A stretch of 64,000 nucleotides of DNA from a virus (lineage: Duplodnaviria; Caudoviricetes). Made by a program: the position numbers and the translations under genes. Positions 44,618 to 51,915 of the stretch are shown piece by piece. The notes beneath the pieces are model-generated. The model worked only from the letters and a program-made list of their open reading frames with translations, had not been told where the DNA came from and searched no databases. Position 1 is the stretch's first letter, and the number at the start of each line of letters is the position of its first letter. The stretch lies in IMG/VR virus record IMGVR_UViG_3300044904_000088, positions 519 to 64,518 of that record; one strand, 5' to 3'.

Positions 44618-45175
44618 CCAGGCCGCCTTCGCAATCACCTTGAGACTGTCGCGGGCCGGTGCTGCGAGTTCGGCCACGGTCGCCTTGCCGTCGCGCACCA
44701 GGAGCTCGATCGCCCGCTCGGCGACATTCTTCTGCTTGAGGGCGGTGGCCGCACGAGAGCCGCGGTCGGCGGCGATGAACTGCCAGTCGGCGAGAGTGAA
44801 ATGCAGCAGCGAGCGGCGAATGCCGTCGGCGCCGACCAGAGTCAGCGTGAGGGGATCGCCGAGCACTCGCGACGGTGCGACGGCCGCCTGGCGGGCGGAC
44901 CGCTCGCGGTCGGGATCGGCCGCGGCTTGCTCATGCCGAAGTTCGTCGAGAATCGCCTGAATGCCCGACGCCAGGCCGACGCGGATGAGTTCGGTCGTCG
45001 CCTGCTTGTTCGGTTGCATCCGATCGAGGATGGCAACAGCCGCGCGCTCGGCGGTCAGTTGCTCAGCCTCTGCCAGCTTTCCCCCTGCGAGTTCGAGCTC
45101 AGTACGGCCGACGAGGGGCAGAGGCTTGGCGAGGATGGCCTTTGCGGTCATCGGTCGGGCAGCGGCGATGGTCAT
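44612..45175 (-). CDS. Hypothetical protein translationally coupled to the tas-like gene
   Basis: 187 aa helical; its TGA overlaps the tas ATG (ATGA). Confidence 0.7.
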   Translation of the reverse strand: MTIAAARPMTAKAILAKPLPLVGRTELELAGGKLAEAEQLTAERAAVAILDRMQPNKQATTELIRVGLASGIQAILDELRHEQAAADPDRERSARQAAVAPSRVLGDPLTLTLVGADGIRRSLLHFTLADWQFIAADRGSRAATALKQKNVAERAIELLVRDGKATVAELAAPARDSLKVIAKAAWS

Positions 45176-45497
45176 GAGGTGACGGGCCTTTCGATTGAGG
45201 CCGGGGGGCGTAACACCCGGAGACGCCCCCCGGCCGCTGGCTAGCTAGGGCCGGGCGGCAACATCGCCGAAGCGCTCGGCCCTACTGAGCCGACCGGGGG
45301 GGGGCGCGATCGGCTCAGTGCGGACGAGGTTCGGAGTGGCGAGGGATAGTGGGGTGAGCGAGGCGGGATGGCGTGCTGGAGGTAGCCCGGGAAGCGCCCG
45401 GAGGCGACCAGCGGGATGCCGCATGGCGCACCAGCCCGCCCATGGCGGCAGAGCGGCCCTGCGTGGCCCACGCTGGCGGTCCGTGGCTCGTGGGCGG

Positions 45498-45701
45498 TCA
45501 TCGCGTGATCTCCGGGTCGAACATCTCGTTGGAATGGGCCTGACGCAGCAAGTTCAGGAGCCAGCGGAAGCCCGCCGCCCGCTCCTGCATGCCAGCCCGC
45601 CGACAGGCGTCCTCGCAGGCACGGAAGTGGACGACCTGCCGGGCGATCTGCAGGAGCACGGCCTTGCGGGCGGCCTCGTCGAGGGCGGTCAGGTCGTTCA
45701 T
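45498..45701 (-). CDS. Small hypothetical early protein
   Basis: MNDLTALDEAARK..; one of several short coupled ORFs in 45240-46135. Confidence 0.45.
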   Translation of the reverse strand: MNDLTALDEAARKAVLLQIARQVVHFRACEDACRRAGMQERAAGFRWLLNLLRQAHSNEMFDPEITR

Positions 45702-45834
45702 GGCGCCGGCACCAGGAGGTACACCAACGCCACGCCCGCCGCGAGGAACGCGAGGAAGACGGCGCACTCGGCGGCGCTCACGACTAAGACGCGCCACCAC
45801 GGCGGCGTACGGCGTTCGTGCGCCTGCCAGCGGG

Positions 45835-46032
45835 TCATGCCGGCCGCTCGCAGTACCGCGTCGTCAGGTGCGTCGCGTCGGCGAAGGGGCGGCCGCAGTA
45901 CGGGCAGGTGGCGAGCTGGCGGGCCAGGTGGGCCGCCTCGCGCGCGTCGATCAGGGTGAGGACGGCCGGAGACGAGGATGCTCGGCCCGCCTCCGGCCGC
46001 GTGGAGCCGCTCATCTTCGGCTCCGTAGTCAT
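45835..46032 (-). CDS. Small zinc-finger protein
   Basis: CPYCGR..H..YC. Confidence 0.5.
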   Translation of the reverse strand: MTTEPKMSGSTRPEAGRASSSPAVLTLIDAREAAHLARQLATCPYCGRPFADATHLTTRYCERPA

Positions 46033-46135
46033 GGCCGCACCAGCGGGGCTAGCTGCGCTGCGGCAAAAGCGGCGATCGCCAGGGCGAAGACCAGCATGCC
46101 GACGAGGGTGACGGCGAGGCGAAGGTCGTAGGGAG

Positions 46136-46339
46136 TCACGCCGTGGCCTCCGGGCTCGGCGTGGCGCCGATCAGGACAGCACGCAGCTTGTTGGCCTCCG
46201 CCTCTGTGGGCGGCACGCCGCGTTCAATAATCGACAGCCGCCCCGGGTTGATGCCTGTGCGCCGGGAGACCTCTCGGAGAGAGAGGCTCAGGGTCTCGCG
46301 CCAGGAGCGCCATGGGGTAGAAGCTTGCGTGGTTGCCAT
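46136..46339 (-). CDS. Cro/XRE-family HTH regulator
   Basis: WRETLSLSLREVSRRTGINPGRLSIIERG..PT. Confidence 0.85.
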   Translation of the reverse strand: MATTQASTPWRSWRETLSLSLREVSRRTGINPGRLSIIERGVPPTEAEANKLRAVLIGATPSPEATA

Positions 46340-46346
46340 GCGCGGC

Positions 46347-46374
46347 AGCCTAGCACGTTATACGGCGTTGTCAA
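46347..46374 (-). promoter_or_regulatory. Sigma70-type early promoter giving a leaderless cro transcript
   Basis: TTGACA-16 nt-TAGGCT with an extended TG; ATG 7 nt downstream of the -10; no RBS. Confidence 0.7.
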
Positions 46375-46445
46375 GCCCCTCGGAGACCTGCCGCTGCTCG
46401 CCGTGCCGCTCCTGGCATGGGCCGGCTCAGCGCCCCGCGGGAATA

Positions 46446-46703
46446 TCACCCGTGACTGGCTAGCCCGTAGACCGGCTCGATCCTGACGACGATCGGCGTG
46501 GGGTTCGTCTGCGGGATGCCGGGGTTGTCCTGCACGATGCACTGCAAGAGATACTGCGTCACCCGCGCCTTTCCGGTCGGGTTCTGCAACAGCGCCTCCA
46601 CGACAAACTGAGTCACGCCCGCCCCGGTCGGAGTCGCGGGATTACGGGCCGGGGTCGGCGCTATGACCTCGACGACGAACTGGCTGACTCGCGCCTTTGC
46701 CAT
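46446..46703 (-). CDS. Small tail-tip accessory protein with three internal repeats
   Basis: ARVSQFVVEV / AGVTQFVVEA / ARVTQYLLQC. Confidence 0.6.
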   Translation of the reverse strand: MAKARVSQFVVEVIAPTPARNPATPTGAGVTQFVVEALLQNPTGKARVTQYLLQCIVQDNPGIPQTNPTPIVVRIEPVYGLASHG

Positions 46704-47731
46704 CAGGAGATCAGCTTGTATCCGCCTTCCATGGCGTTGACGTCCGTCACGGACCAGGCTGGCGTTCCACCTACCGGCTCCGTGTCGTAAATCTGCGTCA
46801 GGAAGGCGTAGCTCGTGCCGAGTGATTGGGTCGTCCCAACGTAGTCCGCTCCGCCGATGCGGAGTAGCGGGGCGATGGTCCGCGCTGCGCCTGCGTCCTT
46901 GCGCCCCACGATGATCGGCTGGACGGCGTAGACCGTGGACCCGGACGCTACGGGGAGGTCCTGCATCTCGTAGCTGTCGATGTTGTTGGCCGTGGCCGAC
47001 ATGTTGAATGTGGAGTCGCCGTCCTCGAACATGTCATCCACACAACCGACGTTCGTACCGCCGTTCGGCGTCCAGTCTCCGTAGAACCCAGCGGCTGCTG
47101 GGTAGACCGGGATAACACGCACGTCGCCAAGGAACGTCGTGTTGGTGCCGGTAGACGTGTCGAGGGCGTAAATGTCATCATACTTCGCCGAATTGTTCGA
47201 CCCGGCTATGCCAAAGCCGTTCCACTGCACGTTGGCGGTTGCCTTCGTGTTGAGCGAGCCGGTCGAGGCGATCTCTGTCGCGCCGTTCAGGTGAAGCTCG
47301 ACCACGCCGGTCGAGCCGTTGATTGTGAACTTGAGTTCGACGTAATACCACGTGTTGGAAGTCAGAACAGTCGTTCCGGTTGCCAGCAGAGTGTCTTCTC
47401 GCGAAACAGTCAGGACGCCGGAGTCGTTTGTCCTGACACTAATCTGTTCGCTTGTCCCGTCCAGAATAAAGAGCACCCCAGACTGGCGGGCGGCCGCAGG
47501 CAAGTTTACAGCAAAGCCGACGCACCCAGAGACATAGTTGGCGCCGAATGACTTGCTGATCCACCCGGGAACACCGTTGAAGTTATAGGACAATAGTCCC
47601 TGCCCATCCCCCCTCGAAGAGGAAGAACTGATCGACCCGTTTTCTCCACTGTTATAGACTTGCGTCCATCGCCTTAGAAGATCGGTCATAGACTGGTAGT
47701 AATCGAAACCGTCCATGAAGATGCAGGCCAT
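46703..47731 (-). CDS. ConA/LamG-like virion protein (receptor-binding candidate), unit 2
   Basis: MACIFMDGFD..NTWYYVELK...G.VELHLNG..YDDIY; lower GC in its 5' half. Confidence 0.65.
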   Translation of the reverse strand: MACIFMDGFDYYQSMTDLLRRWTQVYNSGENGSISSSSSRGDGQGLLSYNFNGVPGWISKSFGANYVSGCVGFAVNLPAAARQSGVLFILDGTSEQISVRTNDSGVLTVSREDTLLATGTTVLTSNTWYYVELKFTINGSTGVVELHLNGATEIASTGSLNTKATANVQWNGFGIAGSNNSAKYDDIYALDTSTGTNTTFLGDVRVIPVYPAAAGFYGDWTPNGGTNVGCVDDMFEDGDSTFNMSATANNIDSYEMQDLPVASGSTVYAVQPIIVGRKDAGAARTIAPLLRIGGADYVGTTQSLGTSYAFLTQIYDTEPVGGTPAWSVTDVNAMEGGYKLIS

Positions 47732-48123
47732 CAGTAATCGCCTCCACTCGCCACCATATCGGTCGTCTTTCCGGCGGTCATCGCGGCGACACACCCGGCC
47801 TGTAGCGTCCAGCCGGAGGGGACCACGAGGTACCCTAGTTTCGGCGAGAGCGTGGACATGGCCTCGACTCTCGGCACGGTCGTATATCCCGATCCCGCCG
47901 GAACGGCCACCACGCCGATGTAGTGATTGGTCGAGCCGTCGTTCAGGTAGAACGCCAGGTTCACCGCCGCCGTGTCGTTGGTGCTGCACATGATCGAGTC
48001 GAAGCGCGTGCCGTTTGATCCGATGGAGCCGAGCGACTTAGCGACGGTCGTGTCGGTGATCGTGAACTGGACTGCATCGACGCAGATCGCAGCCTCGAAG
48101 ATCGGGGAAGTTCCTGCTGACAT
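47731..48123 (-). CDS. Small beta-rich virion protein, unit 2
   Basis: 130 aa ending GGDY; coupled to its neighbours. Confidence 0.6.
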   Translation of the reverse strand: MSAGTSPIFEAAICVDAVQFTITDTTVAKSLGSIGSNGTRFDSIMCSTNDTAAVNLAFYLNDGSTNHYIGVVAVPAGSGYTTVPRVEAMSTLSPKLGYLVVPSGWTLQAGCVAAMTAGKTTDMVASGGDY

Positions 48124-48143
48124 GGTCGTCTCCTAGTCGTCTC

Positions 48144-49268
48144 CTAACGGAAAAGGTTATAGGCGGTGATGAGCCCTTCGGCACTCTGGACAGCCGGGAC
48201 GCTCCCGCCGCCACCCGCTGGGTGAACATGGTCTTCGTGGCTCGCGGTCGCCGCCGTTCCGACCGAGCCGGAACCGGACTCTACAAGCGGCGTATCGGAA
48301 CCCAGGCTCACGCCCGAGCCGAAGGTTGTCTCTGCGCCCGTATCGTCCTTGACGGCGAGGATCTTGCCGGTCTTGGCATAGACGCGCAGCTTGCCCGAGC
48401 CGGGCGTCCCCGGAGCAGCGGCCACCGTGCCGTCGAGGTAGGTGAACACGCCTTCGTCGGCGAGCCCGCTGCCGGCCGCCGGCATACCGTGCTTGTGGTC
48501 GCGCCGAGCGGCCACGGTGGCCGAGCCTGCGGCGGCCGCGTCGCTGTAGGCTTGCGTCACGGGCACGGTCGCATCGAAGACCAGGATCGTGTCGTCATCC
48601 CGGAGGAAGGTGCCCGAAGACCCGGCGCTATTCGCGGTCCCTAGCGTCAGGGCAGGCGTCCCACCCGATGCACCGCCGCCAGACACAGCCGCCCACGTTC
48701 CCGGCGAGCCTGCCGACGTGCAGATGTAGATGCTGCCGTCCTGCGTGACCACGAAGTCACCCACGGCGAAGGTGCCAGTGGCAGGAGCGCCGGAGGCCGT
48801 GCCGCCGACGTAGCGCGTGGCCGCCACGGCTCCGGTGAGGCCCATCGGCTGGCCGTTGGCGGCATCGCTCCCTGTCGCACCGGCTGCCCCGGTTGCCCCG
48901 ACGCCCAACTGCTGGCCCTGGTCGCTGTAGACGTGCCAGCCGTTGTCATCCCAGAGAGCCGAGTAGTCGGCTGGCAGTGTGATCGTCCCGGTGATCGCGT
49001 TGGCCGCTGCTGTGCCACCCCGGAACAGTTGGAACGTCCGCGAGACGCTATCGGTGTTGACCACCGTGATCGTCTTGACGACGGTGACGGTGGTAGCCGG
49101 AACGGTGTAGATCGTGGCGGCAGAGGACGCGAGTTGGCCCTGGTACAGCACCTTGCCCGCGTCGGCCCCGGTAGCGGTGTTGATCTCGTCCCCGGAGATC
49201 GTGCAGGTCAGCTTGCTTGCGGCAGAGGCCACGCCTGCGAGGGTGTCGGCGGCGGCGAGGAATAGCAT
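48144..49268 (-). CDS. Tail fibre protein, copy 2
   Basis: Same N-terminal ~195 aa as 486-1988; ARRDHKHGMP and ASHEDHVHP fibre motifs. Confidence 0.75.
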   Translation of the reverse strand: MLFLAAADTLAGVASAASKLTCTISGDEINTATGADAGKVLYQGQLASSAATIYTVPATTVTVVKTITVVNTDSVSRTFQLFRGGTAAANAITGTITLPADYSALWDDNGWHVYSDQGQQLGVGATGAAGATGSDAANGQPMGLTGAVAATRYVGGTASGAPATGTFAVGDFVVTQDGSIYICTSAGSPGTWAAVSGGGASGGTPALTLGTANSAGSSGTFLRDDDTILVFDATVPVTQAYSDAAAAGSATVAARRDHKHGMPAAGSGLADEGVFTYLDGTVAAAPGTPGSGKLRVYAKTGKILAVKDDTGAETTFGSGVSLGSDTPLVESGSGSVGTAATASHEDHVHPAGGGGSVPAVQSAEGLITAYNLFR

Positions 49269-49269
49269 G

Positions 49270-49770
49270 TCAGCCTCCCAGGGCGAAGATGCGAAGGATG
49301 TTGACGCCGGCGACGTGCCATGTCGGCTCCGTGGCCGCGCCGTTGGAGGTTAGGACGGTGCCTGCCGCTCCCGCTCCGATCCGATCCGGTACTCCGACCG
49401 GCGGCGTACCAGCGATGACAGCCGAGGCGGTGACCAGATCTCCCACGGTGGTCATGGGGTTCGCCATGCCGCCCCCGTCGCCGCTCGGCCAGAGCCAGCC
49501 CGTGTCGTAGTCAGCGCCGGAGAACTTCGTCAGCACCTCGCCGAGCGAGCCGCCCGTGGGCACTCCCACGCCGGGCGCTCCAGGCGCACCGGGCGATCCG
49601 GGGGCTCCAGGCGCACCAGGCGCTCCGGGAGGACCACCGCTACCGCCGCCGCCGCCGCTGACACCCCCGGGGCCTCCCGCACCGCCGCCGCCGCCGCCTG
49701 CAGCCGTACCGGGGACACCGGCGAGGGATGCCTTGCGGACTTCCTTGGAGACGTGCAGCCGGACGCTCAT
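49270..49770 (-). CDS. Gly-rich/collagen-like minor tail protein, copy 2
   Basis: Paralogue of 1990-2316 with a ~57-aa insertion. Confidence 0.7.
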   Translation of the reverse strand: MSVRLHVSKEVRKASLAGVPGTAAGGGGGGAGGPGGVSGGGGGSGGPPGAPGAPGAPGSPGAPGAPGVGVPTGGSLGEVLTKFSGADYDTGWLWPSGDGGGMANPMTTVGDLVTASAVIAGTPPVGVPDRIGAGAAGTVLTSNGAATEPTWHVAGVNILRIFALGG

Positions 49771-49772
49771 TG

Positions 49773-51545
49773 TCAGTCCACCTTCGTTCCGCCGACCGCG
49801 CCGACGTAGGTGCCAGCGCCGCCGGGGACCACGGTCATCTCGGTCCGATAGGTGTCCACGAGCCAGAGGGAGTCCTCGCCCATGACCGGGTCCACAACCT
49901 CCACCGTGTCACCCTTCTGGAGCGCCGGGTGGCCCACGATGCCGAAGTCGAAGATGCGCCGGAAGCTGTCTTGCTTCGCCAGTTGAGCCAGGGCCGTGAC
50001 CCCCGCCTCAGCCGCAGTGGCGATAGCGGTCTCGTTGACGATGACCCGCCGGATCGCGTTGTTCAGGGAGGTCTCCATCGGGCCGGTCACACCTTGCGGC
50101 TCCGGCAGAGAGACGAGCCCGACCCCAGCGATGGCAACGGCTACCACGTCCGCCCCGGTCGAGTCCTTGCCGACAACCTTGACGCGAGTAGCCAGCTCAT
50201 ACTCGTCGCTCGACCGTTCCAGCGAGAGCATGTCGACTCCGGCGTGGAACGTGTAGGCCGCGGAGCCGAGGGCGATGGGATCGAAGTGGTAGCAGCCCTG
50301 CTCGTCTGCGAAGCTCTGGAAGCCGACCATCGTGGCAAGCTGGCTGAACGCCGCCGCGAAGCTGGTTCCGTCCGTCACCTCGAAGTCGGCCACGAGGTAG
50401 TCCGTCGTCGTGACGTGGTGGGATGGGAACTGAAGGTGCGTCAGCAGGTCGAGCACGATGTCGGAGACCTGCATGTTGAGGTAGACGTAGTTCGCCGTGG
50501 TGCGCACAGCCCCGGTCGCTCCTACCGCCTGGGGATAGGAAACGATGGCACTCTGAACCAGGGCGTTTTTCATCCAGTCCCGCGCCGTCAGGGTGATCTC
50601 GCGGACCTTCGAGTCCCGTGTCTCGTCCGGCTTGTCGAGGAAGCCGTAGAACGTCTGGATCTTGTTGGCGGCGTCCCCGTACCACTGGTGAACCCAGATC
50701 TTACGGTCGCAGACGCAGAGCGGAAGCCAGGCCGACCAGTCGGCCTCGTCCATCGGTGCCAGCTCGCACACAACCTCGAGACCATCCGAGTCGGTCTGGA
50801 GGCTCTTGTCGATGGAGATGCGTTTCACGGGGATCGGCGCGGTCCCTACCTTTCCGCCCCAGAGCAGCATGGCGTAACAGGTCGTGAACATGCTGCCGGT
50901 CCCGGTCTGCCCCGCCGTAATGTGGATCGACCAGTAGCGATGCGGCCCGGCAGCCACCGATCCTTGAAGTGGTCCCTCGGCCTCGGCCCCGGGGTCGATG
51001 GTGGAGTCCGTCGTCCAGGTCGTCCCATCGTCGGAATGTTCGACCAACCAGTGCGCCCAGCATCCAGGGTTGTTCTCCTGAATGATCCCCTTGACCATCC
51101 AGTAGGTCACGACGGTCCCGGCTCCGAGGTCCCAGGAGAAGCGGCCTTCCCACGACGCGCCGCCGTCTAGCGTCACGGAGTCGTTCATGCCAAAGCGGCA
51201 GTTGCCCGGCCAACAGGCGTCCCCGTTGGCATTCGTGAGCGTGTCAGAGAAGTAACCAGGAACCCAGGGACCGCTGAACGAGGATGACGCCGTGTAGGGA
51301 CGGAGCGGAGAGTTGCCGTTCGGCAGCCCGTCCGTCCTGCTCGGCTGGTGGGTAGACGGATAGTACTGCGCGCCATGGAAGCAGCCGCCGAGGAGGTCCT
51401 GCGAGGTCGGGTTGTTTCCCTCGGGCACGTAGTCCGAGGTCACGTCGGCAGGGTTCTCCAGCTCCACCAGCGCCCGGAAGCCGTGAGCGCCGGCCTGGAA
51501 CTTGGAGACCAGGATCTCTTCCAGGTCGCTGGAGATGGTTTGCAC
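49773..51545 (-). CDS. Minor tail (hub/Tal-like) protein, copy 2
   Basis: Paralogue of 2318-4090. Confidence 0.7.
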   Translation of the reverse strand: MQTISSDLEEILVSKFQAGAHGFRALVELENPADVTSDYVPEGNNPTSQDLLGGCFHGAQYYPSTHQPSRTDGLPNGNSPLRPYTASSSFSGPWVPGYFSDTLTNANGDACWPGNCRFGMNDSVTLDGGASWEGRFSWDLGAGTVVTYWMVKGIIQENNPGCWAHWLVEHSDDGTTWTTDSTIDPGAEAEGPLQGSVAAGPHRYWSIHITAGQTGTGSMFTTCYAMLLWGGKVGTAPIPVKRISIDKSLQTDSDGLEVVCELAPMDEADWSAWLPLCVCDRKIWVHQWYGDAANKIQTFYGFLDKPDETRDSKVREITLTARDWMKNALVQSAIVSYPQAVGATGAVRTTANYVYLNMQVSDIVLDLLTHLQFPSHHVTTTDYLVADFEVTDGTSFAAAFSQLATMVGFQSFADEQGCYHFDPIALGSAAYTFHAGVDMLSLERSSDEYELATRVKVVGKDSTGADVVAVAIAGVGLVSLPEPQGVTGPMETSLNNAIRRVIVNETAIATAAEAGVTALAQLAKQDSFRRIFDFGIVGHPALQKGDTVEVVDPVMGEDSLWLVDTYRTEMTVVPGGAGTYVGAVGGTKVD

Positions 51546-51546
51546 G

Positions 51547-51915
51547 TCAGTCCTCGACCAGCGTCGCGTCCACCGTCCAGAGACCAGGCGCGATCTGGTT
51601 CGGCTTGAGTTCCTCCACGATCACGGTGAGCGTCTCCTCCGGCGCGACCCAGGTGACCGGCGTGACAGTCTCGTGGTAGCCGCTCATCGTGGCCCAATCG
51701 GCGTCAGTGACCCATGGGAAGGTCACCGTCGCCTGCCGGCGCGGCAGGGAGCCGCTCTGAATGACCTCGTTCTCGGTAGAGGGCGTGCCCGCGATGGTGC
51801 CGATAATCCCGACGAGGGTGATGAATGGCGGGTGCTCAAAGCCGCTGTACTTGCCGTCCTCGACCCAGATCGGGCTGATCGAGCCGAGGGCGAAGCCGGA
51901 GGTCGATGCTGTCAT
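51547..51915 (-). CDS. Distal tail protein-like, copy 2
   Basis: Paralogue of 4092-4460. Confidence 0.65.
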   Translation of the reverse strand: MTASTSGFALGSISPIWVEDGKYSGFEHPPFITLVGIIGTIAGTPSTENEVIQSGSLPRRQATVTFPWVTDADWATMSGYHETVTPVTWVAPEETLTVIVEELKPNQIAPGLWTVDATLVED

